From NCBI RefSeq assembly GCF_006345805.1, contig NC_043004.1, positions 88,598,001-88,662,000 on the forward strand: a stretch of DNA of 64,000 bases, in the 5' to 3' direction. Of this stretch, positions 51,225 through 62,342 are shown piece after piece. Source of the stretch: Octopus sinensis. Lineage: Eukaryota. Positions within the stretch are counted from its first letter, which is position 1; each line of letters starts with the position of its first letter. The notes beneath the pieces were generated by a model. That model searched no databases and was not told the origin of the DNA. It saw only the letters and a list, made by a program, of their open reading frames with translations. The position numbers and the translations under genes are program-made.

Positions 51225-51395
51225 ATCCATAGAAAGCATGCGAAACTTACCTTTCTCTCTCTCTCTCTCTCTTCCTCACTCTATGAAGCAAGTGTTTTGC
51301 TCAAGAACACAACGCGTCGCCCGGTTCAGGAATCGAAACCACAATCTTACGATCATGATGCTGACACCCTAACCACTAAGCCACGCGCCTCCACA
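51225..51395 (-). mobile_element. SINE family D-like 5' part
   Basis: Head GGCGCGTGGCTTAGTGGTTAGGG and GGTTTCGATTCC B box. Confidence 0.7.
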
Positions 51396-51579
51396 GTGTT
51401 GTTATTCACGCCGTCAAAATCGCTCCCATTCGTATTAAAATCCACTGAAATATATTTTTTATTTCAAAAATTCTGCGCTTTATTTATTTTTTTTTTATTT
51501 GGCGCCGCCAGACCTTTTGTTTGAGAAAGTTCCCCCGATTTTTCGTTGTGAATGACAACACACACAGAAACGCTCAAGG

Positions 51580-51950
51580 CTAGCAATTTTAGGGAGGGGT
51601 ATTAATCGATTACATCGACCCCAGTACTTAACTGGTAGTTATTTTATTAACGACTGGTGAAAGGCAAAGTCGACCTTGCTGGAATTTGAACTCAGAACGT
51701 AAATATGGACAAAATGCCGCTAAGCATTTTGTCCGGTGTGCTAATAATCCTGCCAACTCACCACTTTAATAATCTACAGTAGACACAAGAACTGAAATTT
51801 GGGAGGAGGGGCAAAGTCGATTAAATCGACCATCGACCCCGAAAAGATGAAAGGTTAAGTCGATACTCAGTCGGAATTTGAACTCAGGACATAGAGACAG
51901 ACGAAATGACGCTAAACACTTTGCCCGGCGTGCTAACGATTCTGCCACTC
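51580..51950 (-). mobile_element. Two family A SINEs
   Basis: Head and body motifs. Confidence 0.8.
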
Positions 51951-52304
51951 ACAAAAATATTGGTGATAATAACTGGGTGGGTTCTGTTGTATGAAGGAAA
52001 AAGTGAATACGTTCAGAAAAAATTAGTTGTATATTTTCCTACCAAGAGATGAATTACTAGCGGTGTTATTCTCCCGGTTCGAGTGTATCTCAGTCAATAC
52101 TCAATGTATTTTATTTTTTCTTTAAAATAATGAATATATTATTTCCTTACTCTTGATTTAAAAAAAAAAACATAGTTAAACAAGAAGCTCACCGATCAAC
52201 CATTTTATGGCATTATCAATGTATTCAACCATGTCCATATAAACAGTTATTATGCTGTAGTGATAAGGTTACAATTACATAAGCTCACATATATTACTAG
52301 AAAT

Positions 52305-52699
52305 GGAGCTTTTCGGTTTGAACGGCAGTTTTTTCTAGCGGTGTCATATGAAATTGTCACCCATAATTATGACTCTAGTATCGATCTATTGCATTTCAAT
52401 CTGTTTTAGGGTTAGGGTATCTTTTTTCTTCACAAATGTAAATAAACCCAATCTGTTGCTTAAACGAGGGACATTTTCATACGGCACAGAATGTTTTTTA
52501 CCTCAATAGACGTCAGTGATTGGTTGAAATTGCAAAAATTGAAGAAAAAACAACAAATATCTTACAAGTTATAGAATTTTCTCAATAAAGCCAAGAGAAA
52601 AAGATGTTTTATAAACACATTCTACCAGTATACGAAGTTTAAAATTTTTTAGTTACCTAGAAATTATGTTAAAAACTGCTGTTCAAACCGAAAAGATCC
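52305..52699. mobile_element. MITE of the same family (395 bp)
   Basis: TSD CTAGAAAT at 52297-52304 and 52700-52707; ends AAACCGAAAAGATCC. Confidence 0.9.
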
Positions 52700-53216
52700 C
52701 TAGAAATTATTTCATATTCACTTGTAAGAAGTTTCTAAATAAATAAGTGAAAACTATTTGAGTTCAGTGTATAGCTATAATCTCCATTAGCAGAGATAGA
52801 TAGTTTTGACCTGATAAAGCCATCTTGTATCACATTCCATTATACGCTGATCATGCCATAACATCAGCTTGTAATATTAAAATATGACACCTCGTTATGA
52901 TAAATAACTTTCGACTCTTAAGTATGGTTTACCTTGGAGATAGATGCCTCTCTTAGCTTTCAGAATTAAAGTAAAACAACAAAAGGAACAAAGAAAAACA
53001 GGAAGAAAAATGTTGAGAATTTTCCTCACGGATAACCATTGCGCTCAGCGGAAGAGCTAATCTTTAGACAAGTCACAGAACCTCATCCGGAAAAGTTAAG
53101 CTTCTGTAGAATGTGTAAAAGACGACAAGCAATGACGTGAATGGCAGATTATTGAATAGAAAATCCTGTTATATGCATAGAAATTATTTTTAGACTGAGG
53201 ACACAACTTATCATGT

Positions 53217-53344
53217 ATGCATCAACAGTTTCCGTTACATAACTGTGTGTCATGTCATCTTGATCTCTTTGTCGATAACCACAGAAGATTCAACGTTTTT
53301 GAAAGAATATATTTTGTTACTGTTTTTCAGTATTTTCTTTCAAG
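53217..53344 (+). CDS. Probable first coding exon (signal-peptide region) of GABA-A alpha-like Cys-loop receptor subunit
   Basis: ATG 53217 with an in-frame TGA upstream (53196-53198). Open frame [42 protein letters not shown], then ag|GTAAAA donor in phase 2, matching the 1-nt overhang of the next exon. The spliced product gives a hydrophobic run [22 protein letters not shown]. Confidence 0.6.
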
Positions 53345-53622
53345 GTAAAAATTATCCGGCTTGTATATATGCGTGGCTCTAAAGTGATTCCGCATTCGAT
53401 CCTACAGCACGGTTCCTTGAGCAAGTGTCCTCTTGTGATAGCCCCCGAACGACCAATATCTTGCGTGTAGAATTTAGTGAATGAAAACTATGCAGAAGCC
53501 TACTTGTCATCGAGTCAGTTTGGTGCAGTGATTGGCACGGTTTATCTTAGAAATGAGGTTCCATTTCCGTTAGCAATCTTACAAATTTTACCATTTTCTA
53601 TTGATAAATTATATAAACTGTA

Positions 53623-53665
<43 letters not shown>

Positions 53666-54178
53666 ATGTTCGTGTCCGCCCATGCATTTATGTTGATTTG
53701 TGTAAAATGGTATTACGTTCTTTTGCACTTAAGCATTTGAAAAAGTGTTCGTTAAAATATATATATATACGATTGAAGGAATTAGATCGTTATGATCGAC
53801 GAGAAACACTTGAAAGTAGTGATCCAGCGTGGCCCCTGTCCCATAAAGCAAGGTAAAATAAAAGACTAAAATGAGATTCGATTCATGCCGTCAAAGAAAA
53901 TGCACAGCAAACTAGTAACAACTAGAAACACCAGATAAAATATTTCATAATAGTTAGCTCTGGATGGAGAACCCCTTTGTTTTATATTAATGTAATGTGT
54001 TTTAAAATTATTGAAGATAGATTTCTTTTCGATTTTGCTCAAATTTTCTAGAGTGATGTTTTTTACATATTAATTACCAAAATCACATACATTCTCGTTT
54101 TTCTTTTACATAAATTAATTAGCCTTTCTACAAATGATATGTATATGTATATATAGACAAATGATATGTATATACACA

Positions 54179-54225
<47 letters not shown>

Positions 54226-54901
54226 ATATATATGTATATGTATATGTATATATATGTATATGTATGTATATATATATGTATATGTATGTATATATAATGT
54301 ATATGTATGTGTATATATATGTATATGTATGTATATATATATATGTATGTATATATATATATATGTATATGTATGTATATATATGTATATGTATGTATAT
54401 ATATGTATATGTATGTATATATATGTATATGTATGTATATATATGTATATGTATGTATATATATATGTATATGTATGTATTATATATATGTATATGTATG
54501 ATATATATATATATATATGTATGTATGTATATATTATATATATATAATATATATATGTATATGTATGTATATATATATTATATATATGTATATGTATGTA
54601 TATATATATATATATGTATATGTATGTATATATATATATATATGTATATATATGTATATGTATGTATATATATATGTATATATATGTATATGTATGTATA
54701 TATATATATATGTATATGTATGTATATTATATGTATATGTATATATATATATGTATGTATATATATATGTATATATATGTATGTATGTATATATATATAT
54801 GTATAGTATGTATATATATATATATAGTATATGTATATGTATATATATATGTATAAGTATGTATATATATATGTATATGTATGTATATATATATGTATAT
54901 G

Positions 54902-54949
<48 letters not shown>

Positions 54950-55309
54950 GCATTTTCACATTATATCTATCTAAATTTCACTTACAAGTCACTGGACGGC
55001 TCTGGGTTTTTTAGAACACTCTCGCTCAAGATATCGTGCAGTGGGACTGAACCTGAAACCACGTAGTTTCAGAGCAATCCTCTTATCCAGACAGCACTGT
55101 CTTTGTATAAAAAAAAACAAGAGAAATATAAGTTTATTAATTAGCAGAAAACCTACGCGTACATCAATGTAGCAAATTTGAACAATATTGGATACTGCGA
55201 GCGAAAACAATAAAATGTATTATTGCTAAAATTTAATAAAAGAAAATCACGTCTCGAATATTTCAAAATATTTCAAATTTCAATGTCTTTTTTTTTTTGT
55301 CTTTTTCAG
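53345..55309 (+). other. Predicted intron 1 (1965 bp, phase 2) of the Cys-loop gene
   Basis: GT...AG with phase compatible with both flanking exons; contains SINE fragments and a ~0.8 kb AT-rich repeat. Confidence 0.55.
54180..54950. repeat. Higher-order AT-rich array (20-bp unit ATATGTATATGTATGTATAT)
   Basis: Five exact copies at 54361-54460, with variants on both sides. Confidence 0.95.
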
Positions 55310-55428
55310 CTTGTTCGTTTACGTTGAAGTTCAATGCCATAAACATGTACGAAGACAAAATAAAATGTCTCGAGTTTTAGACAAAATGTTGGAGGGTTAT
55401 GACAAGCGTTTGCGGCCAGGATTCGGTG
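55310..55428 (+). CDS. Exon 2 of GABA-A receptor alpha-like (Cys-loop ligand-gated chloride channel) subunit
   Basis: Polypyrimidine tract and CAG acceptor (55307-55309), GTAAGC donor (55429). Translation [40 protein letters not shown] closely matches the N-terminal helix motif of GABA-A alpha subunits ([21 protein letters not shown] type), with the intron after the RP(x)FG motif as in that family. Confidence 0.9.
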
Positions 55429-56034
55429 GTAAGCAGTATCTTCCATTTTCATTCTGGTTTATCTCGTGTATGTATGTATGTGTGTGTGTGTTTTTTTTTC
55501 GAATGTGTATGAGGAGGCGGACTGAAGCATGTGAAGTTCGATTAAAACAATATAACACCTAATACAAGAGGTGCCCATCAATGTCATATTTGTACAAAGA
55601 GTGTAAGACCCAAGCAAGATTGAAAATCCATGTCCATACTGTCCGTGTTTTAAAAAAATCAAGTCGAATTCCAGCCATCATTTCGATTCTACATTACATC
55701 TTTTAGTAATTTTCACTAACTTAGATTGTTGTTGCTGTTGTCTTCTTCTTCCAATCAGGACTCATGCCATTAGCCACAAAGAATAATCTCTAATTCGAGC
55801 CCATTCTAAGCTACTAAGAATGCGTGTGGCAACTTGAAGATCCACCCACCACACGCGACAGACTGGCGGTTGCACGGGCGCGAAAGCTACGTTGTTATCC
55901 TCACTCCGTAAACAGTGGCTTTTAACGAATGGAGAGTTGGACCGTCCTGGGGTACAGAGGATTCGCAATCTAGACTAGGGTCTGAAAGTCTACCACACCA
56001 TAGTGGGTTACACCATGGTTTCTCTGCTTTGTGG

Positions 56035-56225
56035 CAGAAGTAGGAAGAAAGAGTGAGAGAAAGTTGTGGTGAAAGAGTACAGCGGGGTTCACCACCCTTC
56101 CCCGCCGGAGCCTCGTGGAGCTTGGGTGTTTTTGCTCAATAAACACTCACATTGCCCAGTCTGAGAATCAAAACCGCGTTCTTACGATCGCGAGTCCGCT
56201 GCCCTAACTGGGCCATTGCGCCTCC
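56035..56225 (-). mobile_element. SINE family C, 3'-truncated
   Basis: Head and body motifs. Confidence 0.85.
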
Positions 56226-57044
56226 ATTGTTGCTGTTGCTCCTGGTATTGTTGATGTTGTTGTTGTTATTATTATTGTTGATTACCTCCAAATTAGTTCT
56301 GATCAACTTAACATATCAAAGGCATTCCAGCTGTGACGACCATTCCGTCTTTTTCTCCACCCATAGTACACCTAGAAACACATTACTTAAATGTGCTCAT
56401 TCTTTTCTTAAGACTCTGTGACGAAATTTGATGAAGATTTGTTTACGATCCTGTCCTGACAACTATGTCAGTCTCTGTCGATGCTAACAGCGAGGACATT
56501 TAACTTGACAGCTGTAATTAATTGCTGTTTAGAGACCACGAAATATTTCTCTCATTGACACATGATGAAACAACAATTTAAATTACACGCGATCACGCTA
56601 TTCTTGAGCCATGTTTGGCTAATAGAAGGTGCAATCAACAATGGCTACGTATTAACTATATTAACGATATCGTTAGCGCTCTACCTTACACATGTGTCAT
56701 CTATCAGAGCAGTGCGATAAAGCCAATAACCGACCACTGATAAAGTCCGGAATTTGAGATAGATGGCGACGGTCTGCAACGGCAGTAATTTAGTTCACAT
56801 GAGAGCTTGGTAATTTCAAATACATTGAGGAACGATAAAAATAATGTATTGAGTCGTTGCCTTTTGCCAACCCACGTTCTCAGGATCGTGAATGTAACAT
56901 TCTAACCACTAGACTATACACCTTCACGAATGAAACGAAACGTAAGGAAAAATATATTACCAATGCATTAGAATATTTTTAGCAGGACTAAAAATGGATA
57001 AAGAAGTATTACTATGCTAAATGTCTTAGTTGTAACTCATATTT

Positions 57045-57359
57045 TTTTTTTTATGCGCCCTTTTCAAGCCTAGCCAGGTTCATGGGCCCGGTTTCCCGGT
57101 TTCTGTGGCGTATGTGTTCCCCCCAGCTGGACGGGATGCCAGTCCATTGCAGTGTTACTCAAGAAACAGGAAGAAAGAGTGAGAGAAAGTTGTGGCGAAA
57201 GAGTACGACAGCGGTCGCCACCACCCCCTGCCGGAGCCACGTGGAACTTTTTAGGTGTTTTCGCTCAATAAATACACACAACGCCCGGTCTGGGAATCGA
57301 AACCGCGATTCTCTGACTGCGAGTCCGCTGCCCTAACCACTGGGCCATTGCGCCTCCAC
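57045..57359 (-). mobile_element. SINE family C, full length with A tail and 11-bp TSD
   Basis: TSD AACTCATATTT at 57034-57044 and 57360-57370. Confidence 0.9.
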
Positions 57360-57399
57360 AACTCATATTTATAGCTATGATAATCTTAACTAGGTGAAT

Positions 57400-57665
57400 G
57401 TGCGTGGGTTATTGGTATAAGGTATTTGGCTCACGATCGTAGGGTCGCGAGTTCAATTCCCAGCGACGCGTTGTGTCCTTCAGCAAGATACTTTATTTCA
57501 CGTTGCTTCAATCCGCTCAACTGGCAAAAACGGTAATACATGTATTTCAAAGGGTCGGCCTTATCACATTCTGTGTCATGCTTTGTCACCCTGAGAACTA
57601 AGTTAAGGATACACGTGTCTGAGGGGTGACTGAGCTCCCCACAGTCACTTGCACGTTAATTCCTT
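57400..57665 (+). mobile_element. SINE family D
   Basis: GAGTTCAATTCC B box; body TTTATTTCACGTTGCT. Confidence 0.7.
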
Positions 57666-58391
57666 AACTACAGACGAACAGAAATTCATACATATATGCA
57701 TAAATGGGTACAGGACGTCACAAACCGTAAACAACATGAAATACGAAAACAAGTTGATACGCAAACAACGAGAGAAACAAATGGAAAACAGGACAACTAA
57801 CATAAAGAACGACCCTTCATCAGTTGTCGGCTGTCCATCTACTCCTCATTTCGAGCTTTGAACGACAATATGAATCTTAGATAGACAGGCAGATAGATAG
57901 GTAGGTAGATAGATAGGTAGATAGATAGATTTAGACATATATATGAGTTCTATTGGAAAACGTAGGCTCAAAACGTAAAAGACTTCATTTTTCCCGAGTG
58001 TGTGTGTAAGAAAAAAGACGACAAAAATAAACGGTTATCTTATGAACTTCATTAGCTTACACCTGCTTCCGCGGGAGGGACGCGGTAGACTTACTGATAG
58101 CTGAGTGGATGAATAACACCTTACAACTACATGAGAGCCTCAAACATGAATTGCAATTTATTTGCGAACACAAATTACTGCACTGCGTATGACCAACGCT
58201 TCGTTCAGAAACATAAGTATATTGAGTTCCACACCAAGTTATTAGCATCGAAATTCCTAAGAGAAATATTAAAACGATGTGTGTGTGTGTGTGTGTGTGT
58301 ACAAATAATAAGTCATACTATAAATACTTCAATTTATATGAGACACAGCTGGAAGGCGAGTACATATAGGTATTATATTCGCCTTGCTTTA

Positions 58392-58429
<38 letters not shown>

Positions 58430-58431
<2 letters not shown>

Positions 58432-58745
58432 AGGCGCAATGGCCCAGTGGTTAGGGCAGCGGACTCGCGGTTGTAGGATCGCGGTTTCGATTCCCAGACC
58501 GGGCGTTGTGAGTGTTTATTGAGCGAAAACACCTAAAACTCCACTAGGCTCCGGTAGTGGGTGGTGGCGATCCCTAGTGTACTCTTTCGCCACAACCTTC
58601 TCTCACTCTTTTCTTCTGTTGGCCTGCTCGCTTAGCCATCAGGGTGGCGTCATTTGAAGGCTAAAACAATACAAAGCGCATTGTGACCAGCGATGTGTAG
58701 CAACATCTGATAGCCTGGTCGGTCACGGTGATCACGGTGATATAT
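58430..58745 (+). mobile_element. SINE family C with alternative 3' tail
   Basis: Same head and body as 57045-57359; tail GCGCATTGTGACCAGCGATGTG...GGTCACGGTGA. Confidence 0.85.
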
Positions 58746-58759
58746 ATATAAAGTTAACC

Positions 58760-58965
58760 CAAACATGAAAACACAAAGAGAAAACACAACGCGAGGACGT
58801 GGAACAAATACAGTATTATTGGACGCTCAGGAAGGAAGGAAAGAAGGAGGGTTTAACGTTTCGAGCGGAGCTCTTCGTCAGAAACATAGGAAAAGGAAAG
58901 ATCCAAAGAAGGGAAGACGGAGGAAAAAAATCGCCAACGGTACACACGAGGTCACATTTTGAATT
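58760..58965 (-). mobile_element. Short PLE-derived repeat carrying the minimal hammerhead
   Basis: Homologous to 21720-21912; bounded by TA microsatellite. Confidence 0.65.
58851..58885 (-). ncRNA. Minimal PLE-type hammerhead variant (extra A after core)
   Basis: GUUU-CUGACGA-A-GAGC-UCC-GCUC-GAAA-CG-UU-AAAC; helix III reduced to palindromic ACGU. Confidence 0.65.
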
Positions 58966-58966
58966 A

Positions 58967-59023
<57 letters not shown>

Positions 59024-59865
59024 GGGGGAGAGAGAGATGTGTGTGTATGTGTGTGTGTGTAAGTCATTCCTTGCATTCATGTAAGAAACACCACCGGCGC
59101 TTTAAAGTTTCTAAAGAAAGGTAATTTAAGAAATCTCTGTTATTTCTCTGTTAATCATTGCAACTTATTTAATAAAGTGTTATATTTTACTGTAACATAT
59201 TTGCTTTCTGTTGCTGTGATAATTACATCAACCTTACGAGTATTCATATAACTGTTTACTAAAGATGCTTCCTAGAGTTTTCAGCAATTATTTTGGCTCC
59301 GACGTCGACTAAATGTAATATAAATCCAAGGGATATCTTGCTATTGATATTTGTTACATTCACCTGACAATCCTATTTCCAAGCAGTCGGTCTGTATACA
59401 ATTTAAATACTAACCAATCCTCTGGCGAAAGCATTTGAAAGGAACACGCACACGTACGCACATCCACACACACGTACACACGTACTACGCGCGCTTCACA
59501 CAAGCAGGCATACATACATACATATACACATATGTGGGTACACAATCAGAAATGAATGGTTTTGAATTATATAATGACGTGCGGCAATAAAAGCTCTGCT
59601 GTCTTTGTACCGAAAAAGAACCTCCCATCAAACCGACCAATCTCCAACCGATCACTTCTGACTGGCAATCAGCCAATTCGGGGGTTAACTTTATCTCTAT
59701 AAATGACTTATTTGTTACTTCGTAAATAACATACTAGTTACGAGATATATATATATATATATATTATATTATATTATATTATATTATATGTATATTATAT
59801 ATATTATATATTATTATATTATATATAGAAAGAAAGAAAGAAAGAAAGAAAGGGAGAGAGAGAGG

Positions 59866-60025
59866 CGCAGGCGTGGCTGTGTGGTAAGAAGCTTGCTTCT
59901 CAACCACTTGGTTCCGGGTTCAATCTTACTGCGCGGTACCTTGAGCAAATGTCTTCTACTATAGCCTCGAGCCGACCAAAGTTTTGTGAGTGGATTTGGT
60001 AGACGGAAATGAAAGAAGCCTGCTG
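59866..60025 (+). mobile_element. SINE family B 5' half
   Basis: Head and body motifs. Confidence 0.85.
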
Positions 60026-60072
60026 TATATATACATACATACATATATATATACACACATCTATATATATAT

Positions 60073-60122
<50 letters not shown>

Positions 60123-60760
60123 GTGTGTGTATATATATATATATACATATGGATGGATAGATAGATGTATATATGTATGTATTTGTAAACGAATCCGAAG
60201 GCTTTGTAAGTTACAGAGAAAGCGACTATGAAAGGCTTAGCGCATCCTTTTCAGTCAATCGTTTAGATTAATATATACATATGTGTATGCAGATATGATA
60301 TAGCCATACGTACATACCTATATATCTGTATGTATATAGATATGTGCCTGTGTAGAGATACACATGTAATATGCATACATATATTACACGCACACACATA
60401 CAAATACAAACGCCTTGAACTACTCTAGAATTTGCTAACACACAATCTTCATACAAACTACTTTATACAAGCATTTGTCGTAGGCAAAATTTCGTTCATC
60501 GCAATTTTCTTAATTCTGCTAAATATAAACCCGCCAACGTAACAAGTTCAATCTCTTCTCAATAATACTTAGATAGACAACGTAAAGCAAAATATAATCC
60601 TGCTAACCTGCTTTTAATCATCTCTCAAAGCTACCCCTCATTAGTTATACTGTTAATACCCATGGAAACGGCATGAACATCATTCTTTCCAATCCATTTA
60701 TTGAAACCACTGTTGTGCACCAAGTCATAACGAGACCATTATATATACATTTATTATTAA

Positions 60761-61154
60761 CTAGCAGTATCGCCCGGCGTTGCTCGGGTTTGTAAGGGAA
60801 ATAACTATATAAGCATTGTTAGAGATGTAAAGTATAATAGCCATCTCAATATGGCTAACCACAAAGGGGGGTGTTACTGTAGCTTTTTACGTTCTGAGAT
60901 TTAATAATACATTTTTAGAGAGTTACTTCCCTTATATAATAGCCAAAAAATGCATTAAAAATGGAAAAAAATGATGGTAACTTTTTTTTTAAATCGTAGA
61001 CTCATCTAGACGCGCGCTAATACCCAGAGGGGCTCGATATGAATCACGACTATAAGATACCCGGTTTTGGTTACACTGCACCGCAAAATATGGGAGTAGT
61101 TAGGAATCTAAATCGTAGGAGACAGACACACAACCTCACTTTTATATATAAAGA
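60761..61154 (-). mobile_element. Non-autonomous Helitron (394 bp)
   Basis: 5' A|TC at 61154; 3' CTAG|T at 60761; subterminal hairpin CCCG-AGCAACGC-CGGG (60773-60788), 8 nt from CTAG; no TSD. Confidence 0.85.
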
Positions 61155-61666
61155 TTAAAATATCAATCGTTAAGTGATTATCGTTTAAATGTAATGAATC
61201 ACTTTTAGCTATCAGTATAATATGGCGAGATAAAGAAGTAAAGTATGTTAAAATTATACTATACTTCCTCTTGTTATTGCAATGTTAATTCTGTTATCTT
61301 AAAGACTAATTTACTCTTTGACTATTTCTACTCTTCCACACCTGCACCTACAAGTATACATCATTGTACGTTTACTAAGTGATACTATCATTACTAACAT
61401 AGCAAATACAATGAAGTTTATGCTTCGCTGAGGATTTCAAATAATTACGAAACACAATTTGCCTCCAGTACAAAGCAATATCAGTCAATAACTAAATTGG
61501 TTCACTTTATAGCCATGTGTTCACAGGCTCGGTCCTACTTTGTGACAGCTTAGACAAGTGTCTTCTACTATAACTTTGGGGCCCGACCAATGTTTTATGA
61601 ATGAATTTGGTAGACGGAAACAGTGTGAAGGTTGACCTCTGTGTGTGAGTGTGTGTGTCTGTATAA

Positions 61667-61713
<47 letters not shown>

Positions 61714-62086
61714 GAGAGAGAAAGAAACTACCGGTGGCCCATTGGGCCACCAGAAAACTCTAAATATCCCAGCAACTGAGTTTTGTTTCGTGAGTTTTTT
61801 TCTTTTCCTGGTTATTTCGCATGCTTTCAATGAATGTGACATCGAAAGGTTAGAGTTTCTTCCCTTTCAGAATGAAGTTAAATTCGGCACATTTCTAATT
61901 ACGCACCGTTTTTGGTATTTATACCCCTATACTCCGAATATCTAAATAACTACTGCTACGATTTACGCGAAACTTGTTTCACTCCGTTCGTATTAACATT
62001 TCAGAGTAATGTTAATTCATAGTATTTTCCCATTATGCTCCAGTTTGGCTGGGTAATATTGCAGGCAAGCAGGCAAGATTCAAACT

Positions 62087-62129
<43 letters not shown>

Positions 62130-62135
<6 letters not shown>

Positions 62136-62342
62136 ACGTGATCGATCAGAATATTGGATGTTGTTATACATCGCTGGTCACAATGCGCTTTGCATCGTTA
62201 TAGCTAAAAACGATGCCACTCGCTGGCTATGCGATCAGGCCAACATTCCTCCTGATCAGAAGACTGGTTTATTACAGAGTGACCTATTTGCAGCTGAGTG
62301 GACTGGGCCAACGGGAAATGAAGTGTTTTGTTCAAAAACACA
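62130..62342 (-). mobile_element. SINE family D-like body with the family C alternative tail
   Basis: CATCGCTGGTCACAATGCGCTTTG shared with 58670-58700. Confidence 0.7.

Noticed and set aside
57800-57860. Type II hammerhead (GAAA before CTGATGA on the minus strand)
   Set aside because: Stems I and III do not pair.
58430-58500. tRNA gene
   Set aside because: A and B boxes are present, but there is no closed acceptor stem or canonical anticodon loop, and the sequence continues into a SINE body present in four copies.
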